Source: Gammaproteobacteria bacterium
GTDB taxonomy: Bacteria > Pseudomonadota > Gammaproteobacteria > Eutrophobiales > Eutrophobiaceae
Direction of reading: 5' to 3'
DNA length: 64,000 nucleotides
NCBI GenBank assembly: GCA_965116495.1
Contig: OZ220696.1
Span: 864,001-928,000 of the forward strand
Positions 48,246-58,631 of the stretch are shown piece after piece (position 1 is the first letter of the stretch; every line of letters starts with the position of its first letter). The position numbers were made by a program, and so were the translations under genes. The notes below the pieces were generated by a model. The model searched no databases and was not told where the DNA came from. It saw only the letters and a list, made by a program, of their open reading frames with translations.

Positions 48246-48466
48246 CAGGGCAACCGCATACTTTTGAATCCGGCCTGTCGTCATTCCGGCGAATCATGCC
48301 CTGGCATGTTGTAAGGCAGGGGCCGGAATCTAGTGAACAAACCAACCTGTTACCATAAGGAATCATTTTTTTGACTGGATTCCGGCATTCGCCGGAATGA
48401 CGGACGGCCTTTTCCTGCCTCATTTCGGTCCTTTGCGGCAGAATCTAAAAGTATGCGGTTGCCCTG
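48246..48466. mobile_element. 221-bp MITE-like element with 20-bp TIRs carrying an RPE-4-like palindrome
   Basis: CAGGGCAACCGCATACTTTT / AAAAGTATGCGGTTGCCCTG; internal GTCATTCCGG...CCGGAATGAC. Confidence 0.82.
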
Positions 48467-48525
48467 ACTTGTTCCTAATAACCCTGCATACTGGTTGTGA
48501 CAAAGCATATTGTTTATTGCATATA

Positions 48526-48788
48526 GTACTCTTTCAACTTAATATTGACATGTTCAGAGCCACACAGCGGCGTCAAGACAAGGCGCAGCCCGCAGAGAAT
48601 GGCGCGCCCTTGTCAAGGGCTGCAACGCCGTATTGGCGTCGCTGTGTGGCTCCCTGCGGGCGGGCCGGGAAGCGGTCGCCCGCGGCGTTACACCGCTTGG
48701 CAAGGACGCGCCATTACCGGCGCAGCGTGCCTTGCGCTCAACCGCTTCCCGACCCGCTGAACATGGCAATATTAAGTTGAAAGAGTAC
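48526..48788. mobile_element. 263-bp MITE-like element with 32-bp TIRs and two internal hairpins
   Basis: GTACTCTTTCAACTTAATATTGACATGTTCAG versus 48757-48788 (1 mismatch). Confidence 0.88.
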
Positions 48789-48859
48789 CAGCCTGTATTC
48801 GTAGGTGGTTACCCGAATGTTCTCATGTGCTACGAGAGGGTAGGGCGCGGTGTTCAATT

Positions 48860-51800
48860 TTGAAGATCATTTCGGCAAGAAAAACTAATGAGTGGCGCGC
48901 CGGCGTGTTTTGCTTGTTGGCGTTGCTGCTTGCGGGTGGTTGGTCAACCGCGGTCCAGGCCCAGAACAGTGCATACCTGACGCTTGACCTGGTTCAGATA
49001 CGGGCCAATGCGCTGCACGGCGCCACGATCAAAATCACTCCGAAAAACGCCACTTTCCTCGGTGCCGGCGGGGGCGCCGGCTTCGATCTCGAGGACTTTG
49101 TGCATTCGGATGATTGGGATTCCGAAAGCGGCCAGCTCACCGCTGCCGCCATAGCCGGCGAAATCAGGCTGAACGCCACGGGTCTTTCCAGAATCACATT
49201 GCAGGGCGCGCCTGCGGGGCTGAGCATCGCGCGCGCGAAGCTGCTGGCGCGCGAGCAACCCCACTCGCACGGCAGGGCCAGCAAAGGCCATCGCTCCGCG
49301 CAGATCACCCTGGCCTACACCGGCTCCGGCATCAATGCCGACGTTGCGGTCACGGTGGCTGTGCAGGGCGGCGCCGATGGCCTGCTTTCGTATGGCAATC
49401 AACACGCGGGCTACCCGGGCGCATCCTGCTGCACTGCCGGCTTCACCATCAGGACCGGGACCCTCACCGACGGCGTCAGCGTGAATCCGGCCTCCCTGGC
49501 CGTCACCGAACGCGGTGGCGCCAGCGCCGAGGCCGGCTACAAGGTGGGGCTGCTGACGGACCCGGGCGCCGATGTCACCATCACGGCCACGGTGCCGGCG
49601 GCCAATACCTCCGATGTTGAGGTCAAGGCGGGCAGCGGCTCATTCGGCAGCGCCGCGACCCTGACCTTCACCCACGGGAGCGGCGGCAACTGGACCCAGG
49701 CGCAAACGGTGACGGTGCGGGCGAAGAACGACAGCGACACCGCCGACGAATCGTTCAACATCACTCATTCGCTGAGCGTGGCGAGCGGGCCCTACCGAAC
49801 CATAACGCCGGCCTCGGTCGCGCTGGCCGTCACCGATGCCGGCGCCGGCGTACCGCTGTCCTTCAGCGCCGCGGCTTACCGCGCGAACGAGCCTGCGTCC
49901 ACCACCAACGCGGCGCTGGGCCTCACGCTGTCGAGCACGCGCCCCTCGGCCACGACGGTGACCGTCGAGAGGACGGGCGGCAGCGCCACGGCGGACGACG
50001 ACTATACGGCCGGCCCCTGGACCGCGACCATCGCCGCGAACACCATCACCGGCACGGTCAACATTCCCATCCGTCACGACACGACGGACGAGCCCAACGA
50101 GACCGTCGAGCTCAGCATCCGGGCGAGCAGCCTGCCGACAGGGGTGGTACCGGGCAGCCAGGGAACGGCGACGCTCACAATCACCGACAACGACGCAACC
50201 AGCGTGACGCTGGCGGGTTCCGGCACGGTGAAGGAGGACGGCAGCGATGCGGCGGACGTGGCGGTCACGCTGGGCCGCAAGCTGGCGGGCGGCGAGTCGG
50301 TGACCGCACCGCTGGTCATCGCGGGCACCGGCATCACCCGCAAGGACTACGATATCGGATTGAAAACCGGCGGCAACTACAACCGGGGGGTGTCGCTCAA
50401 TAGCGCCAGCCCCTACAGCCGCTGGAGCCCCGCGGTGGTGTTCACAGGCTCCGACGTGAATACGGTGCGGGTGGCGACGCTTGCAGTGACCGGGAAGGAG
50501 GACACCCGCGACGAGGGCGCTTCGGAGACGCTGACCGTAAACTTCGGCAGCGGCGACCAGGCGGTCAGCAGCAACCTCGACCGCCCCTCGGGTACCGGCG
50601 CCGCCGGCACCACCGCCTCGGGCTCGGCGAGCGTGGCGATCACCGACAACGACCAACCGCCGTCCCTTGTGGTCAGCCCGCGCATCATCAGCGCCCGCAA
50701 CCTTCAAGACGGCGGCACGGCCACGCTCACGCTGACACCGAAGAATTCGACCTTTTTCGGCGCGGGCGGCGGTGGCGGCCACAGTGGCAGCAATCCATCC
50801 GCACCCTATGTGTTTTTCGACGACCGCAACGACCGGGGCGAAATCCCCAACACCGAGGTTCGCCTCAGCGCGACCGGCTTGTCGAAAATCAGCTTGTCGG
50901 GCACGTCGGCACCTCTGACCATCAGCGCCGGCCGGCTGCTCCCGATCCAGTACGACGTGCACGGCGCGGAACAGCACCGGTCCGTGGAGATCGACCTGAG
51001 CTACGCCGGCCCGCCGATCACAGCGGACGACCAGGTGACAGTCACGGTGGACAGCGACCTGCTGCGATTCGGAGATCAGAGCGGCGGCAGCCCCGCCAGC
51101 CAGTCCGCCCGTTTCACGATCAAGCCACTCGACCCCAATGCCGGTCTGACTATCAGGGAAACCGGCAGCCCCGCCGAGACCGTCGTTGGCGAAAACGGCG
51201 GAGCGGACCGCTACGACGTGGTGCTGAGGACCCGACCGACGCATCCTGTCACCGTGACGGTAACGGCGGGCGCCGGAACGCTGGTGGATGGGCCCGACGC
51301 GGGCAACGCGGGCGCGTCTACCGAAACCCTCACATTCAACCCCACCGGGAGCGCTCTCTGGAGCACGCCACAGACCATCACCGTGACCGGCGTCGATGAC
51401 GACATCGACAACGCCGGCAACGCCCGCACCGTGATGATCGATCACGCGGCCAGCTCGAACGACCACAACTACGCCGTCAACGACGCCGGCAGCCTGAGCG
51501 TGAAGGTGACTGACGATGACCGCGCCGGGGTGACTGTCTCTCACGCCGCGCACACGCTGGCCGAGAACGGCGGCGTCGCCACCTACACCCTGAAGCTCGA
51601 CTCGCAGCCGCTCAAGGCGGTGACGATCACTGTGGACGCCGGCGACGGCAGCGTCGTGAAGGTGGATGGACCGGACAGCGCGACCGACTTCACCAACGCG
51701 GAAGCCCTCACCTTTACGCCCTCGAACTGGAATTCGGCGCAACAAATCAGCATCGAGGGCCAGAACGACAATGCCGTGACCTACCTGCCGCGCAGGGCGA

Positions 51801-54800
51801 CGATCGCGCATTCGATCGCCTCGCTGGCACTCGGCGATGGACGCCGCTACCTCCCGGACATGGCCATTGCCGGCGTGGACGTGAGCGTGTCCGACGATGA
51901 CAAGCCGGTCCTGACGCTCACGGAGAAGAACGGGAACACGGAAATCCGCGAGGGCGGCAGCGCCACCTTCACCGTGACCTCGAGCGACCCCGCGCCGAGC
52001 GGCGGCTTGCCGGTCACGCTGCCGACGCTGAGCTTCTCCGACGGCTACAGCGGCAGCCTGTCGCCCGCCACGATCACCATTCCGGCTAATGCCACGACCG
52101 TGGATTTCAACGTCGATATCGACGACCGCGCCGACGAGCCGGACGGGACGTTTACCGTGTCCCTGAACACCGGGACGCACTACGAGCTCGGCGCCGCTTC
52201 CTCGCTGGAGCTGGCGGTCACGGACAACGATCCCACGTCCGTGACCCTGGCGGGCAGTCCGGCCGGCTACCTGGTCGAGGGCGGCGCCAAGACCCTCACG
52301 CTCACCCTGGGCCGGGGCCTGGTCAAGGGCGAGACCCTGACGGCGCCGCTCACTTTCGCGGGCACGGCGGCGCGCAACACCGACTACAGGCTCACCACAA
52401 CTGCGGCGAGGGGCGTGGCCTACAACAACCTCGGCAGCGGCAGCGCGAGCGTGGTGTTCACCGGCCCGGCCACGGGAACCACCGCGACCGTGGCCACCAT
52501 CAACTTCACCGCCACCTCGGACAGCGTAGTCGGGAGCACCACGGAAACGGTGGGCATCGGGCTGGGCACAGCCACGAATACGGGTTCGGGCGGCGGCGTG
52601 ACCGCAACCGACAACCTTCCCGGCTTTCACATCGTGGACTCCGTAGCGCCCTCCGAGCCGATTGTGACGCTGTCGCAGCCCGACACGACGACGCTGAAGG
52701 AGGGTGGGGACGCGGTGGAGTTCGACCTGCTCGTGAGCCCGCCTTACTTCCAGCAACCGTTCTCGCTGGTAACGCTTGAACTTTCAGGCAAGGCGGCCAG
52801 TGGCCAGGACTATCGCCTGGAAGCTGTGAGCGGGGGATCGGTCAGTTCGTGGGCCTTTTTCGTGAACCAGGGCGTGTCTTCGATGCGGCTGCGGCTGGTG
52901 CCGCTGGCGGACGACCGGGATGAGCCGAGCGAGTCCATCGTGATTTCGGTGCCGGATCAACTGCAGGTGTACCGCGATGCGGGCAACGCCGCCTACACGG
53001 TGAGCGCGCCGCGATCGGTGAAATTCACGCTGACGAGCGCCACCGCACCCCCGCCACCACCCCCGCCGGTCGAAACTCCCGGGGTGACGGTCTCGACCGC
53101 ATCGCTCGATCTTGCCGAGGGCGGTTCGACCGGCAGCTACACGGTAGTGCTCGACAGCAAGCCGACCGCGAACGTGACGGTTACCGCCGCCAGCGGCGAC
53201 GCGGCCACGGTTCGGGTGCAGGCCCCGGGCGGCAATCCGGGCGCCAGCGCCACCCTCACCTTCACGCCAACGACCTGGGACCAGACGCAGGCCGTGACGG
53301 TGACGCCGCAAGACGATGCAAACGCCGACGACGAGACCGTGACGATCGCGCACGCGGTGAGCAACACCGGCGGCTACGGCGGGGTGACCGCAGACTCCGT
53401 CACCGTCACGGTGGACGATGACGAGACGCCGGTGGCGCCAACCCCTTCAGTGTCCATTGCGCCCACCTCGGCCAACGCCGTCACCGAAGGCGCCGCCGCC
53501 ACCTTCACGCTCACCGCCAGCCCGGCGCCGCAAAGCACGATCACGGTGGACGTCAACGTGGTGGACAGCGGCAGCTTTGCCGATAGCGGTCAGGCCGGGT
53601 CGCGCCAGGTCACCATTGGCACGGGTGGCAGCGGTACGCTCACCGTCACCACCGACAACGACAGCGCCGACGAGCCCAACGGCACACTCACCGCGACCGT
53701 CAACAGCGGCACGGGCTACACGCCGTCCAATACCAACGCGTCAGCGTCGATTTCGGTCAATGACAACGACGATCCTCCGCCGGCGACGCCGGTGGTGAGC
53801 ATCAGTGGCGGCGGCGCGATTACCGAAGGCGGCACGGCCACCTTCAACCTGAGTGCCAGTCCGGCGCCACAAAGCACGATCACGGTGGACGTCAACGTGG
53901 TCGACAGCGGCAGCTTCGCCGGTAGCGGACAGGCCGGGTCGCGCCAGGTCACCATAGGCACGGGTGGCAGCGGCACGCTCACGGTCACCACCGACAACGA
54001 CAGCACCGACGAGCCCAACGGCACGCTCACTGCCAACGTCACCAACGGCACGGGCTATGCGCCATCCAGCAGCAACGCATCGGCATCGATTTCGGTCAAT
54101 GACAATGACGATGCCATCATCCCGAGCGCCTGCGTGTCGGACACACTTCTGCAACAGGTTGAGGACTATTACGATCACAATAGCAGTAATTCGCCCGGCT
54201 ACGGGCATAACTGGTTCCGCGTACTCGTTGCGTTTGGTGCGCGCAGTCCTTCCGACTGGACAGCGGACAACCGCGTTATCGAGCCGATGACCGCTGCGTC
54301 CGCACGCGTGCGGGAGGCGAGTTGGTTTGGCTGGGGACCGGTTGCGGACGCGCTGGAATGTCTGGAAGCGGTTAACCCCGCCCCCGATCCCGAGATCGCC
54401 ATCGCCGGTGGCAGCGCGGTCACCGAGGGCGGCAGCGCCACCTTCACGTTCACTGCGACCCCGGCGCCGCAGAGCACGATCACGGTGAACGTCAACGTGG
54501 TGGACAGCGGAGACTTTGCCAATAGCGGCCAGGCGGGTTCCAGGACCGTCACCATCGGCGCCGGTGGCAGCGGCACGCTCACCATCACCACCGATGACGA
54601 CAGCACCGACGAGCCCGATGGCACACTCACCGCGACTATTGCCAGTGGTCAAGGCTATACGCCGTCCAATACCAATGCTTCAGCGTCAATCGCGGTCAGC
54701 GACAACGACGATCCGCCCCCGCCCGTAGTCAGCATCGCCGGTGGCAGCGCTATTACCGAGGGCGGCACCGCCACCTACACACTCACCGCGACCCCGGCGC

Positions 54801-57800
54801 CCGCGAGCTCAATTACCGTGAACCTTAACGTCGTGGACAGCGGCAATTTCGCGGACAGCGGCCAGGCAGGCGCCCGTACGGCCACCATCGGCACGGGCGG
54901 CAGCGGTACGCTCACCGTCACCACCGATAACGACAGCACCGACGAGCTTGACGGCACGCTCACCGCGACTATTGCCAACGGCCAGGGCTATACGCCGTCC
55001 AACACCAACGCTTCGGCATCGATCTCAGTCAATGACAACGACGACGCCATCATTCCGAGCGCCTGCGTGTCGGACACACTTCTGCAGCAGGTTGAGGACT
55101 ATTACGATCACAATAGCGGTAATTCGCCCGGCTACGGGGAGAACTGGTTCCGCGTGCTGGTGGCGTTTGGCGCGCGCAGTCCCTCCGACTGGACAGCGGA
55201 CAACCGCGTTATCGAGCCGATGACCGCTGCGTCCGCACGCGTGCGGGAGGCGAGTTGGTTTGGCTGGGGGCCGGTTGCGGACGCGCTGGAATGCATCGAA
55301 GGGGCCGGCCCCGACCCTGATCCCAATCCTGTAATCACCATCGCCGGCGGCAGCGCCATTACCGAGGGCGGCAGCGCCACCTTCACGTTTACTGCGACCC
55401 CGGCGCCGCAGAGCACGATCACGGTGAACGTCAGCGTGGTGGACAGCGGCAGCTTCGCCCGCAGCGGCCAGGCGGGATCGCGCCAGGTGACCATCGGCAC
55501 AGGCGGCAGCGGCACACTCACCGTCAGCACGGCCAACGACAGCACCGACGAACCCAACGGCTCGCTCACTGCAACCGTCACCAGCGGTACGGGCTACACG
55601 CCGTCCAACACCAACGCGTCAGCATCCATTTCGGTCACAGACAACGACGATCCTCCGCCGGCGACGCCGGTGGTGAGCATCAGCGGTGGCAGCGCCGTTA
55701 CCGAAGGCGGCACGGCCACCTTCAGCCTGAGTGCGAGTCCGGCGCCGCAAGGCGAGATCACGGTGAACGTCAACGTGGTAGACAGCGACAGCTTCGCCGG
55801 TAGCGGCCAGACCGGATCGCGCCAGGTGACCATCGGCACCAACGGCAACGGCACGCTCACCGTCACCACCGATGACGACAGCACCGACGAACCCAACGGC
55901 AGTATCAGCGCCACGGTGACGAGCGGCACGGGCTACAGCGTGCACAGCCGGAACAATTCGGATTCGGTGGCGGTCAACGACAACGACCTGCCGCCGCCCA
56001 CGCCCGCCGTCAGCATTTCCGGCGGCAGCGCCATCACCGAGGGCGGTTCGGCCACCTTCACGCTCACCGCTTCGCCCCCGCCGCAAGGCAGTATCAGCGT
56101 GAACGTCAGAGTGACCCAGAGCGGCAACTTCGCCCGCAGCGGCCAGACCGGGTCGCGGCGCATCACCATCGGCGGGAGCGGTACCGCGACCTTCAACGTC
56201 ACCACCACCAACGACAGCGACGACGAGCCCGACGGCAGTATCAGCGCGGCAGTGATCGGCGGTACTGGCTACAGCGTGCACAGCCAGAACAATTCGGATT
56301 CGGTGACGGTCAACGACGACGACGTGGTGGTGCCCGTCATTCGTGTGACCTCGGCGCAATCCTCGCGCACCACCGACTATGAGGGCGCCACACTCAAATT
56401 CACACTGCACGCCGACGTTGCCCCCAGTGTGGATCTGGAGGTAACCGTTAACGTCGCCGAGCCGGGCAACGCCTTCGTCAACAGCGCCGACGTCGGTACC
56501 CGCCAAGTCACGATTCCGGCGCGCCAGAAGCAAGCCACGCTGAACGTGCGCACGAATGACGACAGCGTTGTGGAAGATTCCTCAAGCGCCAGGGTGACCG
56601 TGACCGTGACCGTGCAGGCCGGCACCGGCTACACCGTGGCGTCGGCGCCCCGGCACCAGGCCGAGGCCACCGTACACGACAACGACGGCCTGCCGACGCT
56701 ATCCATCGGCGACAGTGAGGCGGCAGAGGGCAGTGAGGTCTATTTTGAGGTCACGCTGTCAAAACCGGTGGCGCACAAGGTGCGGTTCAGCTACTACACC
56801 GAGTCGGGGGACTACCAGGGCCGCCACTACGGCAGTGCCTTGAGCTCGACGGATTATCCCTACACCAGCAATAACGGCAGCATCCACCCTGGCGGCACCC
56901 GGTTCGAGATTTGGATACCGACCTTCGATGACTCCCATGACGAGGGCAACGAGACCTTCACGGTCATCCTGCGCAACCCCGAGGGAGCGACCCTTGAGGA
57001 CGGCGAGGGGACGGGCACCATCAAGAACTCCGACCCACTGCCCACCGCCTTCCTGGGCCGCTTCGGACGCGGTCTGGCCGAGCAGGCTGTGGGCGGCATC
57101 ACCGGCCGCTTCAAGGCGACCCGCACCCCGGGCTTCCACGGCCAGTTCCTCGGCCGCGCCCCGTCCGGGGGCGAGAACAGGGAGGCCGACAACGCCGAGC
57201 GTGCACTGGCCCTGTCCCAGGACCGCGCCCCGGCCTTTGCCGGGAACGGCATGGACGGGGCCACAGGCATGGCCGGTAGTGACCTGGGTGGTGTGGGCAT
57301 GGGTGATAGGGGTATGCCTGGTGCGGGTGCTGTATCTTCATCCGGCGCCCTCAGCGGCCATCCTCCCCCGTCCGCGCCTACCCGCACCCTGACCCTGGCT
57401 GAAGCCCTGGCCGGCTCGGCCTTCACCTACACACGCGAGGCCGACGAGGCCGGCGGCAGCTTCGGCCTCTGGGGCCGCGGCATGCATTCCACCTTCAACG
57501 GCTCGGAAGGTACGCTGAACGTAGAAGGTAAACTCACCACGGGACTCATCGGCGCCGACTACGCCCGTCACGACTGGCAGGCCGGCCTGGCCGTGCTCCT
57601 GACCGGGGGCAAGGGCCGCTTCAGGGGTGAGACCGGCCACGGCAAGCTGGACACGTCCATGACCGCCTTTGTGCCCTACGCCGCCAAACAGGCCGGCCGC
57701 CTGTCCCTGTGGGGCGCCGCCGGGGTGGGGCTCGGAGAGATGACCCTCTCTGAGACCCTGTCCGAGACCCACAGCACGGCGTCCCTGAGCACGGACATGG

Positions 57801-58573
57801 GCTGGCAGATGGCCGCCGGTGGGGTACGCAGTGACTTAGGAATATTCTTCGGTGAGACCGGCCCCGAGCTTGCCCTGGTGGGCGATGCCCAGTGGACCCG
57901 GACCACCTCGGAGCAGACCCGGGGGTTGAGTGCCTCTGAAGCCCAGACCACGCGCCTGCGGGTGGGGGTCGAGGGGGGCTGGTCGCTGGCCTTTGCCGAG
58001 CAGTCCCTGCGTCCGACGCTGGAGGCCGGGGTGCGCTACGATGCCGGGGATGCCGAGACCGGGTTGGGTGTGGACGTGGGCGCAGGACTTAGTTGGGCAC
58101 ACACCCGCTGGGGCCTGGCCGTGGATATTGAGGGCCGGACCCTGGTCCTGCATGAGGCTGAACGCTTCAGCCACAGCGGGTTCGCCGCCTCACTCACCTT
58201 TGACCCGGACCTGACCTCCCTGCTGGGGCCGTCCCTGACCTTGACCCACCGCCTGGGCGGGCCGTCTAACGGGGGTGTGGATGCCTTGTTTGGGGAGAGC
58301 TTGCCGGGCAGTGGAGACAACGGCAACACCGGCGGGCGGTGGCAGGCGGAGGCGGCCTATGGGATGGCCCTGTTCCAGGGCCGCTTCATCGGCGCCCCAA
58401 CGTTAGGGTATGCCTTGTCCGGCCAGGGCAATGACTACCGCCTGGGCTGGCGGCTGACTCCGGCGGGGGTGGGCTCTTTGCCTGTCAGTGCTGAGGTGGG
58501 GGCGATGCGCAGGGAGATGGTTGGGGCGGAGGTTGACCATGGTGTGACCTTTAACTTGAGGTCGCAGTGGTAG
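48860..58573 (+). CDS. Giant Calx-beta/Ig-like repeat surface protein with C-terminal autotransporter-like beta-barrel
   Basis: Signal peptide (..LLLAGGWSTAVQA); many V.I.DND / EG..ATF / DEPDG repeats; C-terminal LWGRG..S.F.G, GADY, PTLEAGVRYD.GDAETG.G and terminal W; start at TTG 48860 or GTG 48827. Confidence 0.88.
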   Translation: MKIISARKTNEWRAGVFCLLALLLAGGWSTAVQAQNSAYLTLDLVQIRANALHGATIKITPKNATFLGAGGGAGFDLEDFVHSDDWDSESGQLTAAAIAGEIRLNATGLSRITLQGAPAGLSIARAKLLAREQPHSHGRASKGHRSAQITLAYTGSGINADVAVTVAVQGGADGLLSYGNQHAGYPGASCCTAGFTIRTGTLTDGVSVNPASLAVTERGGASAEAGYKVGLLTDPGADVTITATVPAANTSDVEVKAGSGSFGSAATLTFTHGSGGNWTQAQTVTVRAKNDSDTADESFNITHSLSVASGPYRTITPASVALAVTDAGAGVPLSFSAAAYRANEPASTTNAALGLTLSSTRPSATTVTVERTGGSATADDDYTAGPWTATIAANTITGTVNIPIRHDTTDEPNETVELSIRASSLPTGVVPGSQGTATLTITDNDATSVTLAGSGTVKEDGSDAADVAVTLGRKLAGGESVTAPLVIAGTGITRKDYDIGLKTGGNYNRGVSLNSASPYSRWSPAVVFTGSDVNTVRVATLAVTGKEDTRDEGASETLTVNFGSGDQAVSSNLDRPSGTGAAGTTASGSASVAITDNDQPPSLVVSPRIISARNLQDGGTATLTLTPKNSTFFGAGGGGGHSGSNPSAPYVFFDDRNDRGEIPNTEVRLSATGLSKISLSGTSAPLTISAGRLLPIQYDVHGAEQHRSVEIDLSYAGPPITADDQVTVTVDSDLLRFGDQSGGSPASQSARFTIKPLDPNAGLTIRETGSPAETVVGENGGADRYDVVLRTRPTHPVTVTVTAGAGTLVDGPDAGNAGASTETLTFNPTGSALWSTPQTITVTGVDDDIDNAGNARTVMIDHAASSNDHNYAVNDAGSLSVKVTDDDRAGVTVSHAAHTLAENGGVATYTLKLDSQPLKAVTITVDAGDGSVVKVDGPDSATDFTNAEALTFTPSNWNSAQQISIEGQNDNAVTYLPRRATIAHSIASLALGDGRRYLPDMAIAGVDVSVSDDDKPVLTLTEKNGNTEIREGGSATFTVTSSDPAPSGGLPVTLPTLSFSDGYSGSLSPATITIPANATTVDFNVDIDDRADEPDGTFTVSLNTGTHYELGAASSLELAVTDNDPTSVTLAGSPAGYLVEGGAKTLTLTLGRGLVKGETLTAPLTFAGTAARNTDYRLTTTAARGVAYNNLGSGSASVVFTGPATGTTATVATINFTATSDSVVGSTTETVGIGLGTATNTGSGGGVTATDNLPGFHIVDSVAPSEPIVTLSQPDTTTLKEGGDAVEFDLLVSPPYFQQPFSLVTLELSGKAASGQDYRLEAVSGGSVSSWAFFVNQGVSSMRLRLVPLADDRDEPSESIVISVPDQLQVYRDAGNAAYTVSAPRSVKFTLTSATAPPPPPPPVETPGVTVSTASLDLAEGGSTGSYTVVLDSKPTANVTVTAASGDAATVRVQAPGGNPGASATLTFTPTTWDQTQAVTVTPQDDANADDETVTIAHAVSNTGGYGGVTADSVTVTVDDDETPVAPTPSVSIAPTSANAVTEGAAATFTLTASPAPQSTITVDVNVVDSGSFADSGQAGSRQVTIGTGGSGTLTVTTDNDSADEPNGTLTATVNSGTGYTPSNTNASASISVNDNDDPPPATPVVSISGGGAITEGGTATFNLSASPAPQSTITVDVNVVDSGSFAGSGQAGSRQVTIGTGGSGTLTVTTDNDSTDEPNGTLTANVTNGTGYAPSSSNASASISVNDNDDAIIPSACVSDTLLQQVEDYYDHNSSNSPGYGHNWFRVLVAFGARSPSDWTADNRVIEPMTAASARVREASWFGWGPVADALECLEAVNPAPDPEIAIAGGSAVTEGGSATFTFTATPAPQSTITVNVNVVDSGDFANSGQAGSRTVTIGAGGSGTLTITTDDDSTDEPDGTLTATIASGQGYTPSNTNASASIAVSDNDDPPPPVVSIAGGSAITEGGTATYTLTATPAPASSITVNLNVVDSGNFADSGQAGARTATIGTGGSGTLTVTTDNDSTDELDGTLTATIANGQGYTPSNTNASASISVNDNDDAIIPSACVSDTLLQQVEDYYDHNSGNSPGYGENWFRVLVAFGARSPSDWTADNRVIEPMTAASARVREASWFGWGPVADALECIEGAGPDPDPNPVITIAGGSAITEGGSATFTFTATPAPQSTITVNVSVVDSGSFARSGQAGSRQVTIGTGGSGTLTVSTANDSTDEPNGSLTATVTSGTGYTPSNTNASASISVTDNDDPPPATPVVSISGGSAVTEGGTATFSLSASPAPQGEITVNVNVVDSDSFAGSGQTGSRQVTIGTNGNGTLTVTTDDDSTDEPNGSISATVTSGTGYSVHSRNNSDSVAVNDNDLPPPTPAVSISGGSAITEGGSATFTLTASPPPQGSISVNVRVTQSGNFARSGQTGSRRITIGGSGTATFNVTTTNDSDDEPDGSISAAVIGGTGYSVHSQNNSDSVTVNDDDVVVPVIRVTSAQSSRTTDYEGATLKFTLHADVAPSVDLEVTVNVAEPGNAFVNSADVGTRQVTIPARQKQATLNVRTNDDSVVEDSSSARVTVTVTVQAGTGYTVASAPRHQAEATVHDNDGLPTLSIGDSEAAEGSEVYFEVTLSKPVAHKVRFSYYTESGDYQGRHYGSALSSTDYPYTSNNGSIHPGGTRFEIWIPTFDDSHDEGNETFTVILRNPEGATLEDGEGTGTIKNSDPLPTAFLGRFGRGLAEQAVGGITGRFKATRTPGFHGQFLGRAPSGGENREADNAERALALSQDRAPAFAGNGMDGATGMAGSDLGGVGMGDRGMPGAGAVSSSGALSGHPPPSAPTRTLTLAEALAGSAFTYTREADEAGGSFGLWGRGMHSTFNGSEGTLNVEGKLTTGLIGADYARHDWQAGLAVLLTGGKGRFRGETGHGKLDTSMTAFVPYAAKQAGRLSLWGAAGVGLGEMTLSETLSETHSTASLSTDMGWQMAAGGVRSDLGIFFGETGPELALVGDAQWTRTTSEQTRGLSASEAQTTRLRVGVEGGWSLAFAEQSLRPTLEAGVRYDAGDAETGLGVDVGAGLSWAHTRWGLAVDIEGRTLVLHEAERFSHSGFAASLTFDPDLTSLLGPSLTLTHRLGGPSNGGVDALFGESLPGSGDNGNTGGRWQAEAAYGMALFQGRFIGAPTLGYALSGQGNDYRLGWRLTPAGVGSLPVSAEVGAMRREMVGAEVDHGVTFNLRSQW
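54127..55300 (+). repeat. Two near-identical copies (~54127-54370, ~55061-55300) of a Cys-flanked Trp-rich module
   Basis: ACVSDTLLQQVEDYYDHN...NWFRVLVAFG...PMTAASARVREASWFGWGPVADALEC x2. Confidence 0.92.
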
Positions 58574-58631
58574 TGGCAAAGAGTACCCTTAAATATAATT
58601 AACGGAGTAATACTCGAATAAGGAGACTGGA

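Noticed and set aside
48397-48863. Short ORFs between the Calx-beta genes
   Set aside because: They overlap MITE-like repeats and have no RBS or motif support.
49640-52756. 1038-aa ORF on the minus strand, and similar long antisense ORFs at 30441-31394, 37883-40762 and 53741-56533
   Set aside because: Shadow frames of GC-rich genes with strong codon bias; Arg/Gly/Val-rich with no recognisable motifs.
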